Below are positions 16,515 through 28,156 of a stretch of DNA of 64,000 nucleotides, one piece after another (position 1 is the stretch's first letter; every line of letters begins with the position of its first letter). The stretch is taken from positions 74,609 to 138,608 of the forward strand of contig CAZSZB010000002.1 of the NCBI GenBank assembly GCA_964611205.1. Reading direction: 5' to 3'. A program made the translations under genes and the position numbers. The stretch comes from an uncultured Candidatus Saccharibacteria bacterium. GTDB lineage: Bacteria; Patescibacteriota; Minisyncoccia; Phycocordibacterales; UBA918. Under the pieces are notes generated by a model that saw only the letters and a list, made by a program, of their open reading frames with translations, made no database searches and was not told the origin of the DNA.

Positions 16515-19500
16515 ATGAATACAACACAGGATGTTTACCATGCTAAAAAGGCATTTTATTGGGGTTTTTTATTAGTTTTTGTCGCTCTTTTTTTATTAAT
16601 TTTTAGCAATCCAGTTGAAGCTGGTTTGTTAGATGATGAATACTCAAAACCTCCAACCAAAGAAGCTACCAAAACTCAACAAACCAATACTCCCCAACAA
16701 AGTAACCCTACTGTTCAACCTGGCCCAGGCAGTCCTGGTTTTGAAGACCCTACCACCTCATCTCCATCCCCTTCCAAAAACGATTCTAAGAATGACTACA
16801 CTCAATCACAAAATGATAGTGCCTGGGATAGAGGTGACGATGATGGCGGGGGGAGCGGTTTAGGTAGTGGTCCTTCCAAAAACGATTCTAAGAATGACTA
16901 CACTCAATCACAAAATGATGGAGGGAGTGATAGTGGTAGTGATGGTGGAAGCGGACTAGGAAGACAACCACAAAAAAGTACATCCGAAATAATTGATAAT
17001 CGGGTAGAAGAAGAATCAGAAAAACAAAAAGGTTTTCTGGGTTCATTGAGAGACTCCCTGAAGAGTGCAGCTGTAAGCTGGTACAGTCGAGTTTTGGATT
17101 CCATTCCTCTCATTTCCAAAAAGCCTGAACCAAAACCGACCGACCTGACCTCAGCTTTAGGTTTAGAAACAGATGTTAAATCTAGTTATATACGAGTTAT
17201 AGATCCAGTTTCTCCAGGAATAGTCACCGGCGACTCGGGAACTGGTCAAGGTATACCAGTTCCCGAAAGACCAACAACCAGAAAGATTGATCCGATAACC
17301 AAAGGGAATATAGAAATATTGGTCGCTGCGGAGATTTTAGATGAGAACGGTTTTATCGATGTCGTATACAGCGATGGAAATGGTAACCTGCACCTCACAA
17401 GAGACCAAGTGGATGCTGGTGCTAGAATTACTGTTGAATATAATTGTGAGAATGGAGACGGAGGATGTAGTGCTCTTCCCTATGGTTATCTAGCAGGTGC
17501 TGGACAACCATCTGGTACTTATGTAGTAGAAACTCCAAGAAGCGGTAGTCAAATAGTTGGTGTGTCAGCTAAAGACAAATATGGTAACCAAGCTGCTAAG
17601 TATATAAGCGTGGTGGTTGACGGAACTCCACAATCGACTGACTTTAGACTAGATCCTGATTTTTTAGAAAATCGTGATACAAAAGTAGTAAAGACAGAAG
17701 AAGTTGTTTCCGATTACACTGATAACTGGACTCGTAACGATCCTGGCAGTTCTTATAGCTCGAGAGACAATGACGCACCAGGGATGACTTACGGAGATCC
17801 TTTAACTTTAAATAACGGAATTGGGGGTTTAATGCCACCAAATACTTCAGGGAAAAAATACCCTGATGGTTCAGATATTGAGAACTATCTAAGAGATCTT
17901 GAAACTGATCCTGATTCAGGGGTAAAAAAATCAACAGGGATTACTCCCCCTGCTCCAGAACAACCTCCAGCCAGTCCTGTTCCACCACAACCAACAAAAG
18001 ATGTGCCGAAATACGTAGATACTGACGGCTTTTTAGACAGTGACGGTGGAGCTAATAAAGTTGGTGGTGGATTCTGGGGAAATACTGTTGGCAAACTAGC
18101 TGAAGCAACTAGAGGAATTGTACAAAACATCTTACCGATTGGTCCGACCACCCGACCTAATAATAAGCCAACTGAAAGAGCGGATACTACCCCTATCGTA
18201 ACTGATGTAGAAGACTTGAGTCGTTATACTACTTATACAAGTGTAAACGAAGACGGAGAAACTGTTTTTTATCGACCAAGTACTCCTGGCTCAATGATAA
18301 GTATCACAAAATCCAACTTGGCAATCGCGGAAAAGGAATTAGCGGATGCAATTGCAGCTGGTGGAGATGAAAGGGGTATTAATGAAGCTCGACAAAAAGT
18401 AAACGAGATTAAAAATATATTGGATAATCCAAAGGGTGAAATATTCTCTGATGCAGACTACACAACTGCAGATCAGTTAGTTGTTACAGCAATAGGAAAT
18501 TCACGAGCTGCAATAGTAGCAAAATCTACCGACATTAGTCTCCCTCCTCCTCCTGCAAAAATATATTCTATAGACGAGTTACGTACTCTCACAAGTGGCA
18601 TGACCAAAGAAGAAATGTCGGCCTTTTTTACTGATTTAATTCTTCAAGGTTATGCCTCTGCAGAATCACGAAACCTAATCGAAGGAATACAACAAGAGCC
18701 CTGGGGTATTATTACAACCGACCCTAAGGTACCTATCTACTACCCTGGACTTAGTCCACGTGATCTTGCACGCATAGCTCAAGCAACTGGGCTTGAGATT
18801 ATGACAGAAGCGGAAGCTGATCGCGTAAATGATAGTCCTGAAGCAATAAACCTTACACCCAACCCACAACCAAATGAAACAACGACAGCTGCAGATCAAT
18901 TTGAAAACATGCTTGCTAACTCTAGGGATATTGCTCAAGAGAAGGCCGAAAAATGCGAGGGTTCCTGTAAGGGTTTCGTGACTGGAATCGGAAAAGATAC
19001 GACTATTGGAGATGATGGTAGAGTTCAGATACAAGGTTGGAGAAACCCAGCGACAGGAGAAGATATCCAACCAACTTACGCAAGACACTTTCCTGAATCT
19101 GATATTAGTGAAATGACATACTGGGACTACTCTCATGTTACCAGAATGAAGGGTAAGGACTCCGGAAAAGTGTTGTCCGATGAAGAGTTTGCTGCTCTTG
19201 CTAGTGAAAAAGCTTCTGAAGTCGTACCTTACCGTGCCTATAGTCAATCTGAAGAAACTAAACCTGAAACCCTCACAGACAGAATCGCTTCACTTCCAAG
19301 GGATACGGCAAAAACACTTGGTAATATTGCACGTTTTGTTGCAGATAAATTCTCTCCTGAACCAACCACGCGTTCTCCAAAAGTTGAGTATTCTGATGAG
19401 GAGCTTGATCTAATGACCAGAGTTGTATTAGCTGAAACAGATAGTATCAGAAACGCAGATGGTTCAATTAATCTTGAGGGAGTTCAGGCAGTTGGAGAAG

Positions 19501-22397
19501 TTATGAAGTACCGCATGCTTTCTCGAAATCACCCCGACTCTCTTGAAGAGGTTATATTTGAAGGTGCTGATGGAGATACGCGCCCAAAGGGTCTTCAGTT
19601 TACTGCTGTTGGCGAAGACAGGAGAGGTCCATATCTAAGAGAAAGCCGTGGACCAATGAGTCCAGACTATAATGAGGCTCGGGAACGTTTACGTGAAGTA
19701 CTCGAAGGTAAAGCTCCGCCTATTGCTGTTGATAACGAAGGGCGTGGCGTACTGAATTATGGAAACATTGGTGCAATAATGGACGGATCATCTGGAGCCT
19801 CAGGATCAACCAAACAAGCATTTGGAAATATGGCTGATGACTCTGATGTACTAGTAATAGCAGATGCTGATAATCCAAATGACTCACATACCTTCGGAAC
19901 AATATTTTGGGGAGGAATCGAACCCGACCGTCCACTGCTCACTACAATAGCGGAAAAAGTAGGAGGTCTCGTTGGTTGGGCAGCACGTCAGGTTGGGATT
20001 ACAAAGATTGCAGAACGTGCACTCCCAGAACTCGAAGAAGCTAGTAAGATTAAAACTGTCGAAGAAGCAACAGAAGTAATTGCACAGCGAGAAAGAGATC
20101 TTGTGGCTCTGGAAGACAAAGCATTGCGTATGCATGAGACTCTTGAACTTGCAGGTGAACATGATCAATTACGAACAGTAGTGGAAACAGCTGGAGCAGT
20201 GACCGATGAATTAAATACTGCAATAGGACGTGCCCGAGCGGAACGTGACGAGATGGAAAGAATATGGCTTGCAGATGTGCTTAGTGGTCGAGAAACTCTC
20301 AGACCGGAAGTAGTCGGAGCAGTTGATTCAACATATGGTGCCGTTGAGCGTTTAGAAACTATGAGAGAAGAAGCGCTAATAGCTGTAGCTAACGGGGACT
20401 TGATAAGTGCGAAAGCAATCCAGGGTGATGCAGATAAATACTCGACTGCAGTTAATACCTTAATGAATGCTGTGTCTAATACCTCAATTAGTGTAGCAGA
20501 TATAGCTATTTCTCATAATCATACTGGAGAAAATAAAAACGGTTTTGCACAAATGACTAATGGTACAGTCTTTTCCGTCCCAGGTGATGGTCGACCTGGC
20601 AGAAAACACGATGGGTTTGATTATGGAACTAATCGAGGTGATCCATGGGTAGCAGCACCGGTAGCAGGCACGATAACAAGCTGTGGGGATGGGGGTGGTC
20701 TGGCTGGAGGAACATGTAGTCTTGTTCCCGATAATCCAGCTAAAGATTGTGATGGAGCAAGCACTTGCGTGATTCAGATTATGCATGTTGAAGGTATTGT
20801 TGCACCAAATACTCGAGTGGAAGCTGGTCAAATCATTGCTCATACTGGTGGAGATAGGTCTACTCTATGGGGCCTAGTTACTATACTCGCTGAAAAACAA
20901 GCTGGACGAGAACTGACTCCGGAAGAGCGTGACCTAGCAGCATGGGAAATATATGATAAAAATAATGGAGTGCTAACTTCTGAACTAAAAGCTCAATTTG
21001 CTGCCGAAGGTTTGTCTAATGCATATTCTGGTAATCCAAATGGAGAAGAAATTACCCCACCCCATCCGCATATTCAGATCAAGTGGAACGACAGAGTACT
21101 AAGAGGATCAAGCGAATCCGATAAAGCTCGACTTGAGAGAATTTTTGGTATAGAAAAAGGCTTCTTAAGTTCGATAGACCAAGAGATTCCATTCCCAACT
21201 CTTGATGATCTTATTAGAGAGGCAGAAGTAACTTCAGATAAACGGGCTGCTATCGATGCTCGTAATGCACGCGAGATTCTTCCAAGTGATAGTCCTATAC
21301 TACTGGAAATTGAAGCAAATGCAGAAAAAGCCATCTCTCTAATGAACGATATTAGAGATACCTACACTGGCGAATTCCAAGGAGTTAATATAGACGGATC
21401 TGGTAAAGGTAACGCTCAGGTGGCTAAGTTAGCAGAGCAAGCTCAGGCCCTTGCGGACCGAAACGCAGAATTGCTTGCACAAGCTGAGGCAGAAAGTGCA
21501 CTTGAACGTATTAATCCAAGAGGAACACCCGCCGGCAATCCTCCAAGAACTGGTATCGTGGGCGGTATAGCTGACGCTGTGACTAACGGCTTAGGAACTC
21601 TACGAGACTTCTTCTCCGGCGGAAGTTCTTCTGGTGGAGGCGCTGGTAGTCCGAGTGACGACAGAAGGGATGATTCTGGTAGTGATAGCCCTCGTGGCTC
21701 TGACAGTGGAAAAGGAGCTGAAGATAATCTAGTCTCTGTCGGAGTCACCGACAGCAAGAGTGGCACTATACTTAAAGAGTACAATGACCTACTTAGTCAA
21801 TTAACTCCAACTCAACCTGTACCTAATGAAACGCTACCAGAAATAGTAGATGATGAAGATGTTGTGTTTACATACATTGTGTCAACTAAAAACGAACCGA
21901 CCAGTGCCAAGACTACCCTACTAGCTCCAAATCTAAATGATAGAAGTTACTCTTACTCACTTCTAGCTGACCAATTAACAGACAATGATTCTGCTAACAC
22001 CATCATAAATAATTCTGCAGATACAAAAATAATAAAAGCTAAAGCAAATAGTTTTGGTATCGATGAAGTAGAATCATCTTCTTACCAGACCAGGACTAGC
22101 AAGAACGGCCTAGCGGAAGACAAGCTTATCTACACAATCAGCACTAAAGATGGTGACCGAGTTGAACTCCAGTTACCAGCCGTTGTTGATAAAGAAACTG
22201 CTAGAATAACCTTTGCTAACGCTGGCTTTGTTGGCGATGAATACCTACAGCTCATCAGCGAAGCAGACTACGCAGGCGAAGCTAAGATTGAAGAAGAAAA
22301 AGGCTGGTTTAGTAGAATATGGGAAATAATAAAATCCACCTTTACTAGAGATGAATCTCCTGAAGAAGATTATACAAATCTTCCAGTAGAAGTTTAG
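16515..22397 (+). CDS. giant (1960 aa) membrane-anchored multidomain peptidoglycan hydrolase: N-terminal TM, low-complexity repeats, SleB/Hydrolase_2-like domain, coiled coils, M23 (LytM) peptidase domain
   Basis: N-terminal TM helix (FYWGFLLVFVALFLLIFSNPVEAG). SleB-like region (LDLMTRVVLAETD...GVQAVGEVMKYRM...EVIFEGADGD...FTAVGEDRRGPY, about nt 19390-19920). M23 motifs (RKHDGFDYGTNRGDPWVAAPVAGTI...VIQIMHVEGIVAPNTRVEAGQIIAHTGG, about nt 20560-20880). Long heptad-like segments rich in E/A/R/L. Confidence 0.7.
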   Translation: MNTTQDVYHAKKAFYWGFLLVFVALFLLIFSNPVEAGLLDDEYSKPPTKEATKTQQTNTPQQSNPTVQPGPGSPGFEDPTTSSPSPSKNDSKNDYTQSQNDSAWDRGDDDGGGSGLGSGPSKNDSKNDYTQSQNDGGSDSGSDGGSGLGRQPQKSTSEIIDNRVEEESEKQKGFLGSLRDSLKSAAVSWYSRVLDSIPLISKKPEPKPTDLTSALGLETDVKSSYIRVIDPVSPGIVTGDSGTGQGIPVPERPTTRKIDPITKGNIEILVAAEILDENGFIDVVYSDGNGNLHLTRDQVDAGARITVEYNCENGDGGCSALPYGYLAGAGQPSGTYVVETPRSGSQIVGVSAKDKYGNQAAKYISVVVDGTPQSTDFRLDPDFLENRDTKVVKTEEVVSDYTDNWTRNDPGSSYSSRDNDAPGMTYGDPLTLNNGIGGLMPPNTSGKKYPDGSDIENYLRDLETDPDSGVKKSTGITPPAPEQPPASPVPPQPTKDVPKYVDTDGFLDSDGGANKVGGGFWGNTVGKLAEATRGIVQNILPIGPTTRPNNKPTERADTTPIVTDVEDLSRYTTYTSVNEDGETVFYRPSTPGSMISITKSNLAIAEKELADAIAAGGDERGINEARQKVNEIKNILDNPKGEIFSDADYTTADQLVVTAIGNSRAAIVAKSTDISLPPPPAKIYSIDELRTLTSGMTKEEMSAFFTDLILQGYASAESRNLIEGIQQEPWGIITTDPKVPIYYPGLSPRDLARIAQATGLEIMTEAEADRVNDSPEAINLTPNPQPNETTTAADQFENMLANSRDIAQEKAEKCEGSCKGFVTGIGKDTTIGDDGRVQIQGWRNPATGEDIQPTYARHFPESDISEMTYWDYSHVTRMKGKDSGKVLSDEEFAALASEKASEVVPYRAYSQSEETKPETLTDRIASLPRDTAKTLGNIARFVADKFSPEPTTRSPKVEYSDEELDLMTRVVLAETDSIRNADGSINLEGVQAVGEVMKYRMLSRNHPDSLEEVIFEGADGDTRPKGLQFTAVGEDRRGPYLRESRGPMSPDYNEARERLREVLEGKAPPIAVDNEGRGVLNYGNIGAIMDGSSGASGSTKQAFGNMADDSDVLVIADADNPNDSHTFGTIFWGGIEPDRPLLTTIAEKVGGLVGWAARQVGITKIAERALPELEEASKIKTVEEATEVIAQRERDLVALEDKALRMHETLELAGEHDQLRTVVETAGAVTDELNTAIGRARAERDEMERIWLADVLSGRETLRPEVVGAVDSTYGAVERLETMREEALIAVANGDLISAKAIQGDADKYSTAVNTLMNAVSNTSISVADIAISHNHTGENKNGFAQMTNGTVFSVPGDGRPGRKHDGFDYGTNRGDPWVAAPVAGTITSCGDGGGLAGGTCSLVPDNPAKDCDGASTCVIQIMHVEGIVAPNTRVEAGQIIAHTGGDRSTLWGLVTILAEKQAGRELTPEERDLAAWEIYDKNNGVLTSELKAQFAAEGLSNAYSGNPNGEEITPPHPHIQIKWNDRVLRGSSESDKARLERIFGIEKGFLSSIDQEIPFPTLDDLIREAEVTSDKRAAIDARNAREILPSDSPILLEIEANAEKAISLMNDIRDTYTGEFQGVNIDGSGKGNAQVAKLAEQAQALADRNAELLAQAEAESALERINPRGTPAGNPPRTGIVGGIADAVTNGLGTLRDFFSGGSSSGGGAGSPSDDRRDDSGSDSPRGSDSGKGAEDNLVSVGVTDSKSGTILKEYNDLLSQLTPTQPVPNETLPEIVDDEDVVFTYIVSTKNEPTSAKTTLLAPNLNDRSYSYSLLADQLTDNDSANTIINNSADTKIIKAKANSFGIDEVESSSYQTRTSKNGLAEDKLIYTISTKDGDRVELQLPAVVDKETARITFANAGFVGDEYLQLISEADYAGEAKIEEEKGWFSRIWEIIKSTFTRDESPEEDYTNLPVEV
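16766..16918 (+). repeat. tandem duplication (48-nt unit, two copies about 105 nt apart) inside the giant gene
   Basis: CCTTCCAAAAACGATTCTAAGAATGACTACACTCAATCACAAAATGAT occurs at 16766-16813 and 16871-16918. It encodes PSKNDSKNDYTQSQND twice. Confidence 0.8.
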
Positions 22398-22408
22398 GTA
22401 GCACCAAA

Positions 22409-22448
22409 AAACCAGTCCCAAAGGACTGGTTTTTTGGTGCTTGTTTAA
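22409..22448. terminator. bidirectional terminator between the giant gene and clpB
   Basis: GCACCAAAAAACCAGTCC-caaa-GGACTGGTTTTTTGGTGC: a perfect 18-bp stem. Confidence 0.7.
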
Positions 22449-22464
22449 AGCTTTGTCAAAGAAA

Positions 22465-25173
22465 TTAAGCTGTTACTACTTCCCTTTTCTTAGCTGTCTT
22501 TTTGGCTGGTTTTTTCTCTCCTTTTTTGGTGATATCAAACTTTAATTCACCATCTTTCATGCAGACTTTTATAACACCGCCTTTAAGCATTCCTTGTCCC
22601 ACCATCTGCGAGGCAACCGGTGTTAGAATCTTGCTTTGAATTACTCGCTTAAGTGGTCTTGCTCCAAATTTTGGATCGTAACCTTCTTTAGCTAAGTAAT
22701 CATAAACGTCTTTAGTTAGAGTAAGTTTTATTTCTTTCTTTTCTAATCTCTTAACTACTTCCTCTACCTGCTTTTCAACAATAGAGCGAATTGTTTCAGA
22801 AGAAAGAATATCGAAGACTATTATCTCATCGAGTCGGTTCAAGAATTCAGGACGGAAATAATTCTTCAAACTTCCTAACACCTTATCCTTGGCTTGCACG
22901 TACTGCGCAGCATCATCTCTATCTTCAGTAAATCCAAAGTTGGACATACGGTCAATGTGCTCAGCTCCAATATTTGAAGTCATAATGATGATGGTATTTT
23001 TGAAGTTTACCTTCCGACCTTTAGCATCAGTTAAATGACCAGAATCCAACACCTGGAGAAGTACATTGAATACCTCAGGATGAGCTTTTTCAATTTCGTC
23101 TAGCAAAATCACAGAATATGGTCGGTGGCGTACTTTCTCTGTTATTGAGCCACCCTCTTCATGACCGACATAGCCTGGAGGCGAACCGATAATCTTAGAG
23201 ACTGAGTGTTTTTCCATAAATTCAGACATATCCACTCGCAGGAGAGCGTCCGGATCATCAAACATAAAGTTTGCTAAAACCTTAGTTAACTCTGTCTTTC
23301 CGACACCAGTTGGACCCAAGAATAAGAACGAACCGATTGGTCGATTTGGATCCGCAATACCAGCTCGAGACCGTTTAACAGCGTCAGCAATCAGTTTAAC
23401 GGCGTGGTCTTGACCAACTACCTTCTCCTTCAAATCCTCTTCCATCCGGGCTAACTTCTTCGCCTCTTCCTCCAACATGCGCGACACCGGAATACCTGTC
23501 CAACGAGACACCACTGCTGCGATATCTTCTTCTGTAACTTCTTCTTTAAGCAGACGACGTGACCGATGCAGTTTCTTCAGACGTTTAGTCTTCTCATCTA
23601 AGTCTTTCTCAACCGCTGGGATAGTATCGTAACGAATTTCGGCGGCTCTAGTTAAATCAGCCATCGCTTCGGCACTTTCAGCTTCTAGTCGTAATTCTTC
23701 GAGTTCTTTTTTAAGAGCTCTTATATCGTCTAGAGCTATTTTTTCATTATTCCATTTGGTCTCTAGGGCTGATGTTTGTTCTCTTAACTCCCCGATTTCT
23801 TTATCAATTTCTCGCAAACGAGCTCTTAGTTTTCTTTTTGCTACCGTCTCTGCGTCAACCTCATCTTTTTTAAGTGCTTCCTTCTCAATTTCCAATCTAC
23901 GAATTTGCCGGTCAGCCAATACCAATTCTTCCGGCTTATTCTCAAGAGAGATGCGTAATGATGAAGCAGCTTCATCTATCAAATCAACTGCCTTATCAGG
24001 CAAGAAACGATCGGTGATATAACGAGTTGAGAATTGTACAGCCGAAACTATCGCGTCGTCTGTGATACGGACACCGTGAAAGAGTTCATATTTTTCTGCA
24101 ATGCCACGCAAAATAGCAATTGCATCTTCTTGATTAGGTTCAAGTACATGGATAGGCTGAAAACGTCTGGTTAGCGCAGGATCTTTTTCAATATGTTTTT
24201 GATACTCCTTTAGAGTAGTTGCTCCGATAACCCGCATTTCTCCACGAGATAATGCTGGCTTTAACATATTTGAAGCATCCATCGAACCTTCCGAGGCTCC
24301 CGCACCCACAATAGTATGTAGCTCATCAATAAAGAGAATTACACTACCATCAGACTGTTCTACCTCCTTCATGACAGCCTTCAAACGCTCTTCAAATTCA
24401 CCACGAAACTTTGTTCCTGCCACTAAAAGACCTAAATCTAAAGTAAGAATTTCTTTATCTTTAATAGACTCCGGTACGTTTCCTTGCACAATTGATTGAG
24501 CCAAACCTTCTGCAATGGCTGTCTTACCTACTCCAGCTTCACCGATTAAAACCGGGTTATTTTTATTCCGTCTTGATAGTATTTGAATAACACGCTGTAC
24601 TTCCATATCTCGACCGATAACAGGATCGAGTTTATTGTCCTGTGCCATTTTGGTGAGATTGCGAGTGAATTTTGAAAGCGCACGGAACTTCCTTGGTTGC
24701 TGAACATCGGTAATATTATTATCTCGAATATCTTGAATAGCTTTCTCAATAGCATCTTTCTCAATACCATTGCGTTGTAATACCTCAGCAGTCGGACCAG
24801 GAAATTCTAAAGTAGCCAAGAATAAGTGCTCTACACCGACGTAAGAGTCACCTAGCTTTTCTGCAACCACAGCAGAATGTTCTAATATTTTAGCCAGCTC
24901 AGGAGTCAGATACAATTGGAAAGACTGCGAGATAGATGATGATAAATCATTGCCCTCAAGTAGCTCAAGTAGAATATCAGTGAAGGCAATAACATCTACG
25001 TCTAATTGATCTAATACAGAAATAACCGCACTTTCCTCTTGCAAAGAAAGAGCCGCCAATAAGTGTATTGGGTTAACGTGATTTTGTCCTCGTTCAATGG
25101 CTAATTCGTGAGCTTTACGTATTGCTTCCTTAGCCCGAGATGTAAAATTTTGAAAATTAGGCATCATATACAA
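22465..25173 (-). CDS. clpB: ClpB disaggregase (AAA+; two NBDs plus middle coiled-coil domain)
   Basis: Clp_N repeats; NBD1 Walker A ([13 protein letters not shown]) and NBD2 Walker A ([12 protein letters not shown]); a long coiled-coil M-domain; sensor residues. 902 aa. Confidence 0.9.
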   Translation of the reverse strand: MYMMPNFQNFTSRAKEAIRKAHELAIERGQNHVNPIHLLAALSLQEESAVISVLDQLDVDVIAFTDILLELLEGNDLSSSISQSFQLYLTPELAKILEHSAVVAEKLGDSYVGVEHLFLATLEFPGPTAEVLQRNGIEKDAIEKAIQDIRDNNITDVQQPRKFRALSKFTRNLTKMAQDNKLDPVIGRDMEVQRVIQILSRRNKNNPVLIGEAGVGKTAIAEGLAQSIVQGNVPESIKDKEILTLDLGLLVAGTKFRGEFEERLKAVMKEVEQSDGSVILFIDELHTIVGAGASEGSMDASNMLKPALSRGEMRVIGATTLKEYQKHIEKDPALTRRFQPIHVLEPNQEDAIAILRGIAEKYELFHGVRITDDAIVSAVQFSTRYITDRFLPDKAVDLIDEAASSLRISLENKPEELVLADRQIRRLEIEKEALKKDEVDAETVAKRKLRARLREIDKEIGELREQTSALETKWNNEKIALDDIRALKKELEELRLEAESAEAMADLTRAAEIRYDTIPAVEKDLDEKTKRLKKLHRSRRLLKEEVTEEDIAAVVSRWTGIPVSRMLEEEAKKLARMEEDLKEKVVGQDHAVKLIADAVKRSRAGIADPNRPIGSFLFLGPTGVGKTELTKVLANFMFDDPDALLRVDMSEFMEKHSVSKIIGSPPGYVGHEEGGSITEKVRHRPYSVILLDEIEKAHPEVFNVLLQVLDSGHLTDAKGRKVNFKNTIIIMTSNIGAEHIDRMSNFGFTEDRDDAAQYVQAKDKVLGSLKNYFRPEFLNRLDEIIVFDILSSETIRSIVEKQVEEVVKRLEKKEIKLTLTKDVYDYLAKEGYDPKFGARPLKRVIQSKILTPVASQMVGQGMLKGGVIKVCMKDGELKFDITKKGEKKPAKKTAKKREVVTA

Positions 25174-25303
25174 TTTTAAACTTCATAATCGATTATAACG
25201 CATCTGTCATATCAGTCAGTCGATTTTTCATTCTGAATTTAGCTATCTTCCGCTATAACCGTGTCTATACATATTGCAATAAAATTAACCTTAAGTCAAT
25301 TTA

Positions 25304-26512
25304 CTACACTTTTCTTGTCTGTTTGATATGTTCTTTTATAGCTTTAACTAGAAATTTTAATTCTTTTTCTTTAGTCTCCTCCCCTAAAGTGATACGGATG
25401 GTGGAGCTGGCTCGATTTTTATCCCCTATGATAGTCATCACGACCTTACTCCCCTCTCCATCAGATCCGGAACAAGCTGATTTAGTCGATACGGCGAAAC
25501 CGGCAGCATCTAAAGATATCACGGCAAATTCACCATCTATATCTGCGATAGAGATGTTTATATTGTTAGCTACACGGTTTTCAAGAGAGCCATTTATAAA
25601 AGCCCCAGAAATTTCTTTTAGTTCCTTTATAGTTTTATCCCGCAATACTGTTATTTTTTCAGACCGCTTTTGATAATTCGTTTGAGCTTCAACTATAGCA
25701 GCGGCCGCTCCTATGATGGCTGGAGTATTTTCTGTAGCTGCCCGCAGCCCCTGCTCTTGCCCGCCCCCTAAGACAACTGGTGAGATATCAACACTACGGT
25801 GCAAAACTAAAACCCCCACTCCTTTTGGTCCATAACATTTACTCGCATCGAGCGACAACATATCAACTCCCAATTCCTCAGGACGACAAGATAACCAGAG
25901 CGGGGCTTGTGCAGCGTCTGTATGTACCTTGATAGTCGTCCCGTTTTCCTTATTGAACTTATGTATTAGCCGACTAACCTTACCAATGTCTTGTATGACT
26001 CCGATTTCACTATTCACATAAGAAAAAGTACATAACACCACACTCTCATCTAAACATTTCCCCAGATCATTGAAATCAATACGACCGCCAGAATCAACTT
26101 TTACATATTTAATTTTCACTCCCCACAAAGACAATTTGTCCAGCACTCTAGAAACTGAAGGATGTTCTAATTTGGAACTAATTATAGCCATATCAGAATA
26201 CTCTCTGCCTTCTAGGTGGAGTTTTTCTACCAGACCAAATATAGCTAAGTTATTACTTTCGGTTCCACTGGCTGTAAAGATTATTCCTTCTGGCTTTACT
26301 TCTAAAGCTCGCGCTAAATCCAGTCGAGCCTCATCGATTTTGTTTCTTGCCAGCACACCTTCTTGGTGTACCGCACTAGGATTGGCAAATAATTGACGAG
26401 ACACTTCATCCATAATCTTCAGAACCGAATTTCGAATCGGTGTAGCGGCTGCAAAATCCAGATAAACCCTCGATGATTTTGGCTTATATTTATTTTTAAG
26501 GATTTCAAACAT
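25304..26512 (-). CDS. cysteine desulfurase (class V aminotransferase, NifS/IscS/SufS-like)
   Basis: VYLDFAAATP, HTDAAQA and SLDASKCYGPKGVGVL (the PLP lysine region). 402 aa. Confidence 0.8.
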   Translation of the reverse strand: MFEILKNKYKPKSSRVYLDFAAATPIRNSVLKIMDEVSRQLFANPSAVHQEGVLARNKIDEARLDLARALEVKPEGIIFTASGTESNNLAIFGLVEKLHLEGREYSDMAIISSKLEHPSVSRVLDKLSLWGVKIKYVKVDSGGRIDFNDLGKCLDESVVLCTFSYVNSEIGVIQDIGKVSRLIHKFNKENGTTIKVHTDAAQAPLWLSCRPEELGVDMLSLDASKCYGPKGVGVLVLHRSVDISPVVLGGGQEQGLRAATENTPAIIGAAAAIVEAQTNYQKRSEKITVLRDKTIKELKEISGAFINGSLENRVANNINISIADIDGEFAVISLDAAGFAVSTKSACSGSDGEGSKVVMTIIGDKNRASSTIRITLGEETKEKELKFLVKAIKEHIKQTRKV

Positions 26513-26651
26513 ACTTATCTATAGTGTGATTATAATGACACACGTTTTAAAAAGAACCAAGATATGTTAGAGTAGCTTGACTTTAAGCTGATTCTCTTGG
26601 CTTTTGTGCCTCACTTTATCAGCTTACTATCATCTAAATCTCGAGATTATA

Positions 26652-28151
26652 ATGGCAAAAACAAATACCTCACAACCGAATATAGTTAAAAAACCACCAG
26701 TGGTGGTTATTATGGGTCATATTGACCATGGTAAATCAACACTTTTAGATCATATCCGTAATTCAGATGTGGTGGCAGGAGAGGCTGGAGGTATTACCCA
26801 ACATCTTTCTGCTTATGTGGTTGAACACACTACTAAAGAAGGTAGTAAGGAAAAAATGACTTTCCTCGATACTCCAGGACATGCAGCTTTCCAAGAAATG
26901 CGTTTACGTGGAGCAGACGTAGCAGATATCGCTATTTTAATAGTTTCTGCTGAAGATGGAGTAATGCCACAAACCTTAGAGGCTTTGGCTAGTATCAAAG
27001 CGGCTAACATACCGTTTGTTGTGGCTATCAATAAAATCGACAAACCAGGTGCTGACATAATAAAAACCCAGGCAAGTCTAGTGGAAAACGAAATTTACAT
27101 TGAAGGTATGGGGGGAGATATTCCTTGGGCTGGGATTTCTGCAAAATCAGGAGAAGGAGTGAGTGACCTACTAGACCTTGTTATTTTGGCTGCAGAATTG
27201 GCGGAACTAACAGCCGACACTAATGCTCCAGCTACCGGAACTGTGATAGAGGGTTACATGGACGACAAGCGCGGCACCACCGCTACTTTAATTATCCAAA
27301 ACGGTACTCTTAAAAACGGATCCTTCGTGGTCGCTGGCAATACTTACGCACCTGTGCGAATTATGGAAAACTTTGCGGGCAAAATGATTAAAGAAGCCAG
27401 TCTCTCTGAGCCAGTCGGAATAGTCGGTTTTTCTAGCATTCCAAAAGTGGGTTGTACCTTCGTAACAGTTGATAGCAAGAAGGAGGCTGAAAAAATGATT
27501 GAATCAAATACTTCAAAACCGGCAGCCCGTCAATTTGGTGATACCAATTTACCAATAGTGCCTCTATCTATCAAAGCTGATGTATTAGGTACCATAGATG
27601 CTATCAAGCACGAACTCGAGAAATTTGATTCAGACCGTATCTCAGTGCGAATCATTAATGAAGGAGTGGGAGACATCACTTCTGCTGACATCCAAAATGT
27701 TAGTGCTACCGAGAATGCCATCGTAGTTGGTTTTGGAGTAAAGGTGGAAAGAGCCGCCATTGAGTTAGCTGAACGTCTAGGAGTAGAAATTGAAACTTTT
27801 GATATTATCTACGAACTCTCAGAATGGTTGGAAAATGCTCTAAAAAATCGTACTCCTAAAAAAGAAGTGGAGGAAATTACTGGTAAAGCTAAAGTTCTGG
27901 TTTATTTTAGTACTCAAAAAAGCATCCATGTACTGGGAGCTAAAGTTTTAGAGGGTGTGTTAAAGGTTAAACAACCGGTGAGAATAATGAGACGTGATCT
28001 AAAGATAGGCCACGGTACTATTACTAGTCTCCAGTCTATGAAAAACAATGTTGAAGAAATTAAAGACGGCGAATTTGGTATCCAAATTGACTCTAAAACA
28101 GACCTTGCACCAGGTGACATTATAGAAGCTTTTCACATAGTTGTTACTTAA
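26652..28151 (+). CDS. infB: translation initiation factor IF-2 (short form lacking N-terminal domains)
   Basis: The G domain follows the start almost immediately ([29 protein letters not shown]). A C-terminal beta-barrel is present. The likely start is MAKTNT at 26652, not 26604. Confidence 0.9.
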   Translation: MAKTNTSQPNIVKKPPVVVIMGHIDHGKSTLLDHIRNSDVVAGEAGGITQHLSAYVVEHTTKEGSKEKMTFLDTPGHAAFQEMRLRGADVADIAILIVSAEDGVMPQTLEALASIKAANIPFVVAINKIDKPGADIIKTQASLVENEIYIEGMGGDIPWAGISAKSGEGVSDLLDLVILAAELAELTADTNAPATGTVIEGYMDDKRGTTATLIIQNGTLKNGSFVVAGNTYAPVRIMENFAGKMIKEASLSEPVGIVGFSSIPKVGCTFVTVDSKKEAEKMIESNTSKPAARQFGDTNLPIVPLSIKADVLGTIDAIKHELEKFDSDRISVRIINEGVGDITSADIQNVSATENAIVVGFGVKVERAAIELAERLGVEIETFDIIYELSEWLENALKNRTPKKEVEEITGKAKVLVYFSTQKSIHVLGAKVLEGVLKVKQPVRIMRRDLKIGHGTITSLQSMKNNVEEIKDGEFGIQIDSKTDLAPGDIIEAFHIVVT

Positions 28152-28156
28152 ATTAT

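Noticed and set aside
1271-21784. Many 60-190-aa ORFs lying antisense to, or out of frame within, large well-supported genes (for example 1271-1516, 3985-4257, 5705-6034, 7091-7297, 8542-8996, 17885-18151, 18675-19247, 19720-20168, 20484-20843, 21074-21784)
   Set aside because: They overlap genes with strong homology-like motif support, have low-complexity or hydrophobic junk translations, and have no independent start or SD context. They are treated as spurious.
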